From the NCBI RefSeq assembly GCF_000341395.1, contig NC_020304.1, positions 3,420,001 to 3,452,000 of the forward strand: a stretch of 32,000 bases of DNA, given 5' to 3'. The translations under genes and the position numbers were made by a program. The notes below the pieces were generated by a model. It had not been told where the DNA came from. It did no database searches and saw only the letters and a program-made list of their open reading frames with translations. Origin of the DNA: Desulfocapsa sulfexigens DSM 10523. GTDB taxonomy: Bacteria > Desulfobacterota > Desulfobulbia > Desulfobulbales > Desulfocapsaceae. Shown piece after piece: positions 19,115-27,846 of the stretch; the stretch's first letter is position 1, and each line of letters opens with the position of its first letter.

Positions 19115-19900
19115 ATGATACGATCACTCTGGACCGGCACCACCGGCATGAACGCTCAGCAGCTGAATCTTGACGTTATCGCCAACAATCTCGCCAATGT
19201 TTCAACCACAGGATTCAAAAAGAGCCGAGCTGATTTTCAGGACCTTATGTATCAAATACTGAGGGTCCCAGGATCCCAGACCTCTGCAGACACCGAATCT
19301 CCATCCGGAATACAGGTGGGTCTCGGCGTTCGCCCTGCAGCTGTTCAAAAGCTCTTCACTCAAGGGGACCTTATCCAGACCGGTAACGAACTCGATGTCG
19401 CTATTGAAGGGGCTGGATTCTACCAGGTCGAACTTCCCAATGGTGAAACTGCCTATACAAGGGCTGGGGCATTCAAACGCGATGGTGATGGCCGAATGAC
19501 CACCTCTGACGGCTACCCCATATCTCCTGGAATCACAATTCCCGACGGCTCACGTCAGATCACCATCAGTGAGACGGGTATCGTCAGTGCTCTCATAGGT
19601 GACGAAACCACCAGCACCGAGATTGGCAACATTGAAACCGTTGCGTTCACTAATGATGGCGGCCTGCTCGCTGTCGGGAAAAACCTTTTCAGGGACACCG
19701 AGGCTTCGGGAACAGCCCAGACAGGAACCCCTGGTGATGATGGCTACGGTCTTCTGCTGCAAACATTTCTCGAAGGTTCAAATGTGAATATTGTTGAAGA
19801 AATGGCCTCCATGATTACCACCCAGCGTGCCTATGAAATCAACTCCAAAACCATCCAGACCTCGGATGAAATGATGCAGACTACCAACCAGATGGTATAA
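19115..19900 (+). CDS. flgG: Flagellar distal rod protein FlgG
   Basis: MIRSLWTGTTGMNAQQLNLDVIANNLANVSTTGFKKSRADFQDLMYQ; C-terminal EEMASMITTQRAYEINSKTIQTSDEMMQTTNQM. Confidence 0.98.
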   Translation: MIRSLWTGTTGMNAQQLNLDVIANNLANVSTTGFKKSRADFQDLMYQILRVPGSQTSADTESPSGIQVGLGVRPAAVQKLFTQGDLIQTGNELDVAIEGAGFYQVELPNGETAYTRAGAFKRDGDGRMTTSDGYPISPGITIPDGSRQITISETGIVSALIGDETTSTEIGNIETVAFTNDGGLLAVGKNLFRDTEASGTAQTGTPGDDGYGLLLQTFLEGSNVNIVEEMASMITTQRAYEINSKTIQTSDEMMQTTNQMV

Positions 19901-19902
19901 TC

Positions 19903-20853
19903 ATGAAAAGAGTAACACTTCTGATTTCTGCATTTCTCTGTCTGCTTCCAGGAGTTACTTTGGCTCTTGAAATCACTTTTTCTCCCCTTGCCGAAATCCG
20001 TTCTTCTTATATTACCTTGGGAGATGTTGCAGAATTCAACGAAGATTCTGCTCTTGCCATGGCGCTCGGTTCAAAAGAGATAGCCCCGGCACCAAAGGCA
20101 GGGGAAAGTGTCACCCTGAATTCAGAAGAGGTCAGATCAACGCTTGTTGCAAATTTTCCTGTCCCAACTGACCTCACCTGGAAAGGCGCTAATACCATCG
20201 TGGTCGAACGAAAAGGAATCATCATCGGCCCCGATGAGATTGCAGCTAAAATTGCAGAATATCTTGAAGAAAGAGGTGATGATCTTCCGGTCGCTGAATA
20301 TTCTTTTATCAGTCGCGAACTCCCCCTTCCCTTTATCATCCCGGAGGGTGAGCTGGAAGTAGATGTTATCCCGGCAGATCCATCCGTTATTGGCAGTCGC
20401 AGGTTCTCACTGGTGTATAAGGTTGATGGGAGAACTGTAAAGAACATTTCCATACGTGGTAATTTGGAAGCACTTGCATCGGTAGCTATTCTTACTCAAA
20501 ACGTTAAAAGAGGAGCTATACTTCACCCCGACATGGTGGAACTGCAGACAAAGGATCTTTCACAACTCAGGGATCCATGCACAGACCTCCGTGAAGTACT
20601 CGGGAAGAAACTGACCAGAAGCCTTCGTTCTGGAACTGTTCTTGATATCAGTTCCATCGACATTCCACCTGTTATCCAAAAAGGACAACTTGTTAAAATC
20701 CTGATAAATCACAATGGAATGCATCTTAGTGCTACTGGTATTTCTTCAATGAACGGAAAACAGGATCAAATCATCCGTGTCATGAACAGCAGCTCCCATA
20801 AAATGATTTTCTGTAAAGTCATAGCTCCAGGCCTTGTGGAGGTCCACATCTAA
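19903..20853 (+). CDS. flgA: Flagellar P-ring assembly chaperone FlgA
   Basis: Signal peptide, SAF-like C-terminal (LTQNVKRGAILHPDMVELQTKDLSQL...TRSLRSGTVLDISSIDIPPVIQKGQLVKI). Confidence 0.93.
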   Translation: MKRVTLLISAFLCLLPGVTLALEITFSPLAEIRSSYITLGDVAEFNEDSALAMALGSKEIAPAPKAGESVTLNSEEVRSTLVANFPVPTDLTWKGANTIVVERKGIIIGPDEIAAKIAEYLEERGDDLPVAEYSFISRELPLPFIIPEGELEVDVIPADPSVIGSRRFSLVYKVDGRTVKNISIRGNLEALASVAILTQNVKRGAILHPDMVELQTKDLSQLRDPCTDLREVLGKKLTRSLRSGTVLDISSIDIPPVIQKGQLVKILINHNGMHLSATGISSMNGKQDQIIRVMNSSSHKMIFCKVIAPGLVEVHI

Positions 20854-20854
20854 A

Positions 20855-21541
20855 ATGAAATCTCTGTTACTTATACTCAGCACAGCATTCCTTTTCTGCT
20901 CATGCGCAAGACCTGAATATTCCGTAACTGAAATCCCCGAACCTCTCGAGGAAATCCAGACTCAAAAAGCTGCCGAAAGAACCGATGGTTCACTGTGGCC
21001 AGGAGAACAGCATTCTCTTTTTGCTGACCATAAAGCACGAACAGTTGGAGACGTCGTAACAATCACCATAGCTGAAAATGCCAGTGCCTCCAAACAGGCA
21101 TCTACTTCCACCGATCGTAACACCAGTATGAGTGCAGCCATACCTCATTTATTTGGTCTTGAAAACTCAAAATGGGCGGTTGAACACCCCAAATTTGACC
21201 TCACCAACCTTGTTGAAGCAAGTTTTGCAAACAAATTTGAAGGTGCTGGAACAACTGTCAGAAAGGAAGATCTGGTTGCCTCCCTCACAGCTCAAGTTGT
21301 CGATGTGTACGCCAATGGCAACCTGAAAATAAGGGGCGGTAAGGAAGTACAGGTGAACAATGAAATTCAGGTTATTTATGTGACTGGAATCATACGTCCC
21401 GTTGATATTATGGCAAACAATACAGTCAATTCAAAACATGTTCTGAACGCAAAAATATCCTATACTGGCAAAGGTGCAATCAGTGACAAACAAAAACCCG
21501 GCTGGCTCATGCGAGTGCTTGACAATGTCTGGCCATTCTAA
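20855..21541 (+). CDS. flgH: Flagellar L-ring lipoprotein FlgH (start re-assigned from 20834 to 20855)
   Basis: Lipoprotein-type signal (MKSLLLILSTAFLFCSC), SLWPGEQHSLFADHKARTVGDVVTITIAENASASKQA, GNLKIRGGKEVQVNNEIQVIYVTGIIRPVDI. Confidence 0.96.
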   Translation: MKSLLLILSTAFLFCSCARPEYSVTEIPEPLEEIQTQKAAERTDGSLWPGEQHSLFADHKARTVGDVVTITIAENASASKQASTSTDRNTSMSAAIPHLFGLENSKWAVEHPKFDLTNLVEASFANKFEGAGTTVRKEDLVASLTAQVVDVYANGNLKIRGGKEVQVNNEIQVIYVTGIIRPVDIMANNTVNSKHVLNAKISYTGKGAISDKQKPGWLMRVLDNVWPF

Positions 21542-21554
21542 TCGCGGAGTTGCA

Positions 21555-22670
21555 ATGAGAACTACAGTATCGATTCTATTAACAGGTTTCATACTCCTCT
21601 GTCTTTTCTGTACAAACAGCAGTGGAGCACGTATCAAGGATATTGCTGAACTTAAGGGAGTACGAAACAATCAGCTTATCGGTTACGGCCTTATCACCGG
21701 CCTTGCAGGAACTGGAGATGACCTCAAGAAAGTCCTTTTCACCAGACAGGCTCTCTATAACATGCTCGTTCGCCAGGGTATTACCGTTAATCCGGATGAG
21801 TTTGAAAATATTAAAGTCAACAATGTGGCGGCGGTAATGGTAACTGCCTCTCTACCACCGTTTGCAAAACCTGGCTCAACAATAGATGTTCAAGTCTCCT
21901 CCATCGGCGATGCTAAAAGTCTTGCTGGTGGTAATCTACTGATGACGCAATTAAAGGGGCCAGACGGGAAGGTCTATGCAGTTTCACAGGGCCCTTTGAC
22001 CATCGGTGCGTTTTCATTTGGCGGGAAGGCTGCCAAGGCACAGAGAAATCATCCCACCGTCGGAAGAATAACCGGTGGAGCCATAATTGAAAAAACTGCG
22101 CCTGGAAAATTTGCAGACGATGGTACCCTTTCCTACAGCCTGCGTACCTCAGATTTCACCACTGCAGCAAATATGAGTGATGCCATTAATGCTAAATATG
22201 GTATTGGCACAGCATTTCCAGTTGATTCTGCGACCATCAAAGTGATCATCCCTCAAGCTTTTCTTGAAGACAAGGTACATTTCGTCACCTCCATTGAAAG
22301 TATGCGGATAGAAACCGATACCAATGCCAAGGTTGTTGTGAATGAACGAACCGGAACCATTGTAATGGGGAAAGATGTAAGGCTCTCAACCGTAGCCGTA
22401 TCCCACGGTAATCTTTCACTTGTTGTTAAAGAGACAATGGAGGTTACCCAGCCCAACCCCTTGGCCACCGGACAAACAGTCGTTGCTCCTGAAACCTCAA
22501 TTGACATCGTTGAGGATGACGGACAGCTTATGCTAGTTGAGGAAGGCGTCTCAATCGGAGCTGTTGCCGATGCCCTGAATGCTATCGGGGCAACACCCCG
22601 AGATCTTATTGCCATCTTTCAGGCCATTAAAGTTGCGGGAGCCATGCATGGTGAACTCATTGTACTGTAG
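21555..22670 (+). CDS. flgI: Flagellar P-ring protein FlgI (start re-assigned from 21474 to 21555)
   Basis: ARIKDIAELKGVRNNQLIGYGLITGLAGTGDDLKKVLFTRQALYNMLVRQGITV...; signal peptide at new start. Confidence 0.97.
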   Translation: MRTTVSILLTGFILLCLFCTNSSGARIKDIAELKGVRNNQLIGYGLITGLAGTGDDLKKVLFTRQALYNMLVRQGITVNPDEFENIKVNNVAAVMVTASLPPFAKPGSTIDVQVSSIGDAKSLAGGNLLMTQLKGPDGKVYAVSQGPLTIGAFSFGGKAAKAQRNHPTVGRITGGAIIEKTAPGKFADDGTLSYSLRTSDFTTAANMSDAINAKYGIGTAFPVDSATIKVIIPQAFLEDKVHFVTSIESMRIETDTNAKVVVNERTGTIVMGKDVRLSTVAVSHGNLSLVVKETMEVTQPNPLATGQTVVAPETSIDIVEDDGQLMLVEEGVSIGAVADALNAIGATPRDLIAIFQAIKVAGAMHGELIVL

Positions 22671-22700
22671 ACCAGACAACCTTTAACCATATTATACCCT

Positions 22701-23024
22701 ATGAACATATCCAGCGATCCAAGAGCAATACCCACCACAAGCAGCCTGAAAAACCAGACAACGGATCCAAAGGATCAGGAGCTTCGAAAATTACGTAATT
22801 CCTGTCGTGAGTTTGAGGCTATTTATATCAATGAGATGTACAAAACCATGAGAAAATCTGTACCCGATTCAGGACTCTTTAAAAAAGACATGGCCAACAC
22901 TCTCTATCAGGAAATGCTCGATATGGAAATGGCCAAACAGACAGCACAGGGTGACGGCATGGGAATCGGTAAGGCTATGTATGAACAGTTAAAAGAGCAG
23001 CATTTTCCGGATAGTACCCCCTGA
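22701..23024 (+). CDS. flgJ: Rod-binding protein FlgJ, N-terminal rod-capping domain only (no muramidase domain)
   Basis: LRKLRNSCREFEAIYINEMYKTMRKSVPDSGLFKKDMANTLYQEMLDMEMAKQTAQGDGMGIGKAMYEQL; only 107 aa. Confidence 0.9.
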   Translation: MNISSDPRAIPTTSSLKNQTTDPKDQELRKLRNSCREFEAIYINEMYKTMRKSVPDSGLFKKDMANTLYQEMLDMEMAKQTAQGDGMGIGKAMYEQLKEQHFPDSTP

Positions 23025-23123
23025 TTGCATCAGTGATGATTATTGTTCTTCATCAGGTTGTTCCTCACCTTCTCTCTTCTTCTCCTTTCCCTCCTAAATA
23101 ATACCTTTTTTTCCTCTTGACAC

Positions 23124-23151
23124 TAAAGGTTTAGTATTAACATTCCGATAC
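23124..23151 (+). promoter_or_regulatory. Predicted sigma-28 promoter upstream of ORF 23231 / flgM group
   Basis: TAAA-N16-TCCGATAC, same spacing as the flgF promoter candidate. Confidence 0.5.
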
Positions 23152-23186
23152 AGTAGACAAGAAAGAATTTCATTTACCCCTATTTA

Positions 23187-23222
23187 TTCTGCATGGATGC
23201 AGAAAAAAATAGCGCAAGGAGG
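23187..23222 (+). promoter_or_regulatory. Candidate CsrA target: GGA-loop hairpin plus GGA in the Shine-Dalgarno of ORF 23231
   Basis: TTCTGCATGGATGCAGAA (23187-23204) folds with GGA in the loop; second GGA inside AAGGAGG SD (23216-23222), 20 nt apart; csrA-fliW encoded 4 kb downstream. Confidence 0.5.
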
Positions 23223-23230
23223 CGTAAACA

Positions 23231-23812
23231 ATGATAAATAGTATCAGTGATCAGAATTATTTAGCCCCACAACAGGTTGAACAGTACAACAACAAAAGCC
23301 TGGGAATGCCAGCTGGAAAAGGATCAGAAAACCTTCCAGAATCTTCACGGAAACAGGACTCGGTGACAATAAACTACCAGCAGGAAGTGTCAATGACCTA
23401 CTCCAGCTCACTTACCATTCAAACCGGAGATGGTCAGGATCAATACAATCTCTTAAGAGGGCTGGTCACCAATATGCTCAAAGAACAGGGCATTGATTTT
23501 AAAGTCGCAACCGGTGATCAGGAAATAGATATCAGCTCCATCAGTCAGGAAGAAGCCGTTGAGCTGATTGCCGAAGATGGGTATTTTGGAGTTGAACAAA
23601 CATCTGATAGAATCGTAGAATTCGCCATAGGTATTGCCGGTGGTGACCCTTCGCGCCTTGAAGCAATCAAAGAAGGGGTTGACAAAGGGTTCGCCGAAGC
23701 GTTTGACGCCTTCGGTGGATGGTTACCGGAAATCTCCTATGATACCTATGACGCAGTAATGAACAAACTTGATGCCTGGGCTGAAGTGGACAGTCCCGAA
23801 GAGGTGTCGTAA
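23231..23812 (+). CDS. Conserved-looking hypothetical protein between flgJ and flgM
   Basis: 193 aa ORF with strong SD (AGGAGG); C-terminal EGVDKGFAEAFDAFGGWLPEISYDTYDAVMNKLDAWAEV; no family assigned with confidence. Confidence 0.8.
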   Translation: MINSISDQNYLAPQQVEQYNNKSLGMPAGKGSENLPESSRKQDSVTINYQQEVSMTYSSSLTIQTGDGQDQYNLLRGLVTNMLKEQGIDFKVATGDQEIDISSISQEEAVELIAEDGYFGVEQTSDRIVEFAIGIAGGDPSRLEAIKEGVDKGFAEAFDAFGGWLPEISYDTYDAVMNKLDAWAEVDSPEEVS

Positions 23813-23833
23813 TTAAGATAGACAGGTGATAGC

Positions 23834-24121
23834 ATGAGTGTTGAATTTAGAGGAGTTGGCGGCCTTGGACAGATAGGCAGCATTAAAAAAAGTGACAAAG
23901 CTGAGACAACAGCCAAGCCCGGTTCTGCAAAAGAAACGGACCAGGTGCAATTCTCTGCTGTCCTTCAAAATGTCAACAAAGCACAGACAGGATCCGATGG
24001 GAACACGGAACGGGCTGAGCGCGTCGCTGAGTTGAAACAACAGATCGCCAATGGCTCCTATGAACCTGATCTCAACAAAGTCGCATCCAATCTTCTCCAA
24101 TTCCTTATGGAGGAAAAATAG
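23834..24121 (+). CDS. flgM: Anti-sigma-28 factor FlgM
   Basis: DQVQFSAVLQNV...ERAERVAELKQQIANGSYEPDLNKVASNLLQFLMEE, FlgM C-terminal pattern. Confidence 0.93.
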   Translation: MSVEFRGVGGLGQIGSIKKSDKAETTAKPGSAKETDQVQFSAVLQNVNKAQTGSDGNTERAERVAELKQQIANGSYEPDLNKVASNLLQFLMEEK

Positions 24122-24123
24122 CA

Positions 24124-24477
24124 ATGGCTGCCGGTACCACCCACCAATACCTTGTCCGCCTTCATGACGTGATCCTTGAAGAACGTGAGTACTCCAAAGT
24201 ACTCGACATGGAATCACTTGCAAAGGCTATGCAGGAAAAGGAAGAGCTTATCCAGGTTCTGGCACATGTTAAACAGCTTGACGAAGAAGATAATGAACTG
24301 GCGGCAATTATCCGCCATGAAAACAGACGTAATGCCTACCTTTTCAAAGCAACTCTTGGCTGGATCAGAGAAACAATGGAGTTTTTTGGTAAGCGTACCG
24401 TCGCCTCTGGCTACACTGCAAATGCCGGGATGGTAAACTCAAAAGTTAACGGACGACTCCTTTCAGGACAGGTGTGA
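24124..24477 (+). CDS. flgN: Flagellar chaperone FlgN-like protein
   Basis: Small helical protein between flgM and flgK; LAKAMQEKEELIQVLAHVKQLDEEDNELAAIIRHENRRN. Confidence 0.78.
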   Translation: MAAGTTHQYLVRLHDVILEEREYSKVLDMESLAKAMQEKEELIQVLAHVKQLDEEDNELAAIIRHENRRNAYLFKATLGWIRETMEFFGKRTVASGYTANAGMVNSKVNGRLLSGQV

Positions 24478-24478
24478 T

Positions 24479-25909
24479 ATGGGCGGATTATTCACAGCAC
24501 TCAATGCAGGAAAAACCTCTCTCAGTGTTAATCAAAAATCCATTGAGATTATTGGTAACAACATCTCCAATGTAAACACCGAAGGATACTCTCGCCAAAG
24601 CGCCGAACTCACCCCCTACCCTTCCATGAATTTCGGCGGCTTTTTTATTGGCCAGGGTGTTCTGGTCTCTGATGTCAGCCGCGATCACGATGTTTTTGTC
24701 ACTAATATGCTCCAGGAAAAATCCATTGAATTCGGACTTCAGGATGGTCAGACCAGAGCATTATCCGAACTCGAACGAATTTTCCCCATCGGTGAAGAAA
24801 ATATTTCCACTGAAATTAACCGTTTTTTTGATTCCTGGCAGGAACTATCAGCAAATCCATCTGGCCTTGTAGAGCGGGATATTGTGATTCAGCGTGGTGA
24901 ATTATTGGCAGAGAAATTTAATACCACCGTTGATGATCTAAATAAAGTTAAAGAAAATATTAATGATTCCCTGATTTCAAAAATTGATGGCGTTAACTCC
25001 CAAATACAGGAAATCGCAGATCTCAACGAACGAATTTTCACCATTGAAATCCAGGGACAAACTGCCAACAGCGCCAGAGATCGTCGTGACATGCTTGCCA
25101 AAGAGCTCGCCACCTCACTTGGAGTCCAAACCTACCATGATTCCAAAGGCATGATGGCAGTGCAGCTCCCCGGTGGATTACCACTGGTACAGGGCCTTAT
25201 CCCCATGGAACTTGAAGGTGTTCAAAATGGAACCACCCTTGACCTGGTTTTGCATACAGGCGGAGTTACCAGAACAATAGGCCTTAACAACCTTGGCGGT
25301 GAATTTGAAGGGCTGGTTGGTATTCGTGATGTGTTTATCCCATCTGTCAAGGATGACCTCGATCGACTGGCATATGAACTTGGTGGGGCTGTCAATACGG
25401 CACATTACACAGGTGCAGGGCTGGATGGAACAACCAATCAGAATTTTTTCTCAGTAAATCCCGCTCCAGGCCCGCCTCCCCCCTCACCGCCTGACCCTTG
25501 GGTAGACGCAGCCCGTAATATTTCCGTGATCATTTCAGATTCAAACCATGTAGCAGCAGCTGAAGCTCCGCCACCTTTAGGCACCGTCGCTCCTGGAGAC
25601 AACCGGAATGCACTTATTATTTCAAACATTGGTGAGGATTTCCTGATCGATGGCATAGATAATTTTGGAGCCTATTATGGTAAATTGACTGCAAAAATAG
25701 GTATAGAAGCCAGTCAGAACCAGCTCGCTCTTGGAGGTGCCGAAGATGCAATGATCCAGCTGCAGAATCTTCGCGACGGACTTTCCGGTGTGTCTCTTGA
25801 CGAAGAAATGATAAATCTAATTCAATATCAACGCGGCTTCGAATCTTCCGCCAAATTCCTATCTACAATTGATGAGATGATGGGTTCACTTATCAATCTG
25901 AGACCATAA
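24479..25909 (+). CDS. flgK: Flagellar hook-associated protein 1 FlgK
   Basis: LFTALNAGKTSLSVNQKSIEIIGNNISNVNTEGYSRQSAELTPYPS; C-terminal LDEEMINLIQYQRGFESSAKFLSTIDEMMGSLINL. Confidence 0.97.
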   Translation: MGGLFTALNAGKTSLSVNQKSIEIIGNNISNVNTEGYSRQSAELTPYPSMNFGGFFIGQGVLVSDVSRDHDVFVTNMLQEKSIEFGLQDGQTRALSELERIFPIGEENISTEINRFFDSWQELSANPSGLVERDIVIQRGELLAEKFNTTVDDLNKVKENINDSLISKIDGVNSQIQEIADLNERIFTIEIQGQTANSARDRRDMLAKELATSLGVQTYHDSKGMMAVQLPGGLPLVQGLIPMELEGVQNGTTLDLVLHTGGVTRTIGLNNLGGEFEGLVGIRDVFIPSVKDDLDRLAYELGGAVNTAHYTGAGLDGTTNQNFFSVNPAPGPPPPSPPDPWVDAARNISVIISDSNHVAAAEAPPPLGTVAPGDNRNALIISNIGEDFLIDGIDNFGAYYGKLTAKIGIEASQNQLALGGAEDAMIQLQNLRDGLSGVSLDEEMINLIQYQRGFESSAKFLSTIDEMMGSLINLRP

Positions 25910-25931
25910 GTAATCTCTCTGGAGAGATATC

Positions 25932-26972
25932 ATGAAAGCTACAGAAGGGACAACCTACCGCATGCTCCAATCCAACCTGGGACGAATAACAACCAAATTG
26001 GAGGATCTCCGTATTCAGGGAGCAACCGGAACCAAAGTTAACCAGCCATCCGATGATCCCTCATCTATCCGACCTGTGCTTACTACCCGTACTCAAATTA
26101 TGCATACGGATCGATATCTGGAAACCATGGGTGTTACTCTTGATAAAATGGAAGCCACTGATGGACATTTAAACCATGTAGAAAACATTCTTCAGAGAGT
26201 AAAAGAGATCAGCGTTAATTCGATCAACGGTGCCATGAGCCAGAATGACCTTGACACTTTTGCAGATGAAATTGCCAATCTCAAAGCGGAACTTGTTGAT
26301 GCTGCGAATGCACAGGTTGACGGTAAATTTATTTTTGCAGGCTATGCTGAAAACACAATCCCATTTGTTGAAAACCCAAATTATAATCCCAATCCGCCCG
26401 TGGACCCACTTAACCTCAATCCACCCTATGATGCTGCGGACTCAACGACATGGCCTTATCTGTATATGGGGACTCCCAACCCCACTGAGCTTGAAATCAC
26501 CCCAGGTGAAAGACTGCAGGCAAATCTTACAGGAAATGACCTGTTTTTTGGCATCAATAATACAACCATGCTTGCCGGCGGCCCCTCACCACCAGCCGTG
26601 TATGCCTCAGACAGCGGCAGAATTGACATTTTCAGTGTTCTGACCCGTACAGAAGAAGCCCTGCGTGCAGGAAACATCGATGATCCTCTTGGAGCCGGTG
26701 GTGGTCTTGTACAAAATCTCGAAAACGTTGATATTGCAGCTGACCAGAACAGACGCCTTCGCAGTCAGTTGGGCAACAGAGCCAGACGAGTAGACTCTGC
26801 AATGCTGCATCAAACAGATGTACAGATAGACCTGCAGCAGGTTCTGTCCCGCTATCTTGATGCCGATGCAATTGAAACCTTCAATGCAATTGTTCAGCAG
26901 GAAACTGCTTTTCAAGCTGCACTAAGTATCACCTCCAAGGTTTCACAAATTTCAATTCTTGATTACTTTTAG
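25932..26972 (+). CDS. flgL: Flagellar hook-associated protein 3 FlgL
   Basis: YRMLQSNLGRITTKLEDLRIQGATGTKVNQPSDDPSSIRPVLTTRTQI; flagellin-like C terminus. Confidence 0.94.
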   Translation: MKATEGTTYRMLQSNLGRITTKLEDLRIQGATGTKVNQPSDDPSSIRPVLTTRTQIMHTDRYLETMGVTLDKMEATDGHLNHVENILQRVKEISVNSINGAMSQNDLDTFADEIANLKAELVDAANAQVDGKFIFAGYAENTIPFVENPNYNPNPPVDPLNLNPPYDAADSTTWPYLYMGTPNPTELEITPGERLQANLTGNDLFFGINNTTMLAGGPSPPAVYASDSGRIDIFSVLTRTEEALRAGNIDDPLGAGGGLVQNLENVDIAADQNRRLRSQLGNRARRVDSAMLHQTDVQIDLQQVLSRYLDADAIETFNAIVQQETAFQAALSITSKVSQISILDYF

Positions 26973-26988
26973 AAAATCATACATTTGT

Positions 26989-27017
26989 TTGACATTCGAA
27001 TCCATTCATCATAGCAT
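26989..27017 (+). promoter_or_regulatory. Possible sigma-70 promoter upstream of csrA
   Basis: TTGACA-N17-TAGCAT, about 55 bp before the csrA start. Confidence 0.35.
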
Positions 27018-27071
27018 CAGTCATTAATGTAATGTGTGTAACTGATAGAGTATTTTTTATTGGAGAGCAAC

Positions 27072-27314
27072 ATGCTCGTTCTTACCAGAAAGGTCGGTGA
27101 AGGAATTGTCATCGGCGACGATGTAACAATCAAAATTATAGAAATGAAGGGAGGGGCTATCCGGATAGGTATTGATGCCCCCAGAGAGAAGAACATATAC
27201 CGTCAGGAAGTGTATAACCGTATAACCGAGGAAAACAAAATGGCGATGGAGTGGGATCTGGACACTCTTGATTCTCTTAGTGCCAACCTTTCAATAGAGA
27301 AAAAAAAGAAATGA
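27072..27314 (+). CDS. csrA: Carbon storage / translational regulator CsrA (start re-assigned from 27060 to 27072)
   Basis: [51 protein letters not shown]. Confidence 0.98.
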   Translation: MLVLTRKVGEGIVIGDDVTIKIIEMKGGAIRIGIDAPREKNIYRQEVYNRITEENKMAMEWDLDTLDSLSANLSIEKKKK

Positions 27315-27730
27315 GAACGATACATACACGATTCGGTGACGTTGAATATGATCCCAAAAACCTCCTTCACTTTCCGGCTGGAATGATCGGTTTTCCCACA
27401 CTGCATGATTTTATAGTCATGCCCAACAAAAAAGAAGGCCCTCTTTTCTGGATACAAAGTATAGATGATCCCGGTATAGCTTTTATCCTCACTGATCCCA
27501 CTAATTTTTTCCTCGATTATCAGATAAAGCCAGAAGAATCAGAAAGGAATGCATTACATATCGATGATACCGATGAATGCTATACCCTTTCTGTTGTAAC
27601 TGTCCCACCAGATCAGAAAATAACCCTCAATCTTGCAGCACCAATCCTCTTTTCTGCCAAAACAAACAGAGCAATTCAGGTTATCTTAGAAAAGACAAAC
27701 TATAACTCTAGGACACCACTTCCCGAATAG
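27311..27730 (+). CDS. fliW: Flagellar assembly factor FliW (CsrA antagonist)
   Basis: [58 protein letters not shown]; ATGA overlap with csrA. Confidence 0.95.
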   Translation: MRTIHTRFGDVEYDPKNLLHFPAGMIGFPTLHDFIVMPNKKEGPLFWIQSIDDPGIAFILTDPTNFFLDYQIKPEESERNALHIDDTDECYTLSVVTVPPDQKITLNLAAPILFSAKTNRAIQVILEKTNYNSRTPLPE

Positions 27731-27846
27731 AATACTATCGGTCTCAAAAAAGACAAAAAAAACAGTCACGGAGTGGAAGATGAATCGGATTTAAAATAAG
27801 CGGCAGGGGACGGTTTGGCTTGCAGGAATGAACAAAAAGATACCTA

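Noticed and set aside
22701-23024. flgJ considered as a truncated pseudogene because it lacks the muramidase domain
   Set aside because: Single-domain FlgJ proteins are normal in many non-enterobacterial lineages; the ORF is intact with a sensible start and stop.
23034-23055. TGATGA/TCATCA inverted repeat followed by a pyrimidine-rich stretch after flgJ
   Set aside because: Only 6 AT-rich base pairs with a long loop and the T tract is far downstream; too weak to call an intrinsic terminator.
23117-23145. TTGACA at 23117 as a sigma-70 -35 element upstream of ORF 23231
   Set aside because: No acceptable -10 box at 16-18 bp; the overlapping TAAA-N16-CCGAT sigma-28-like element fits better.
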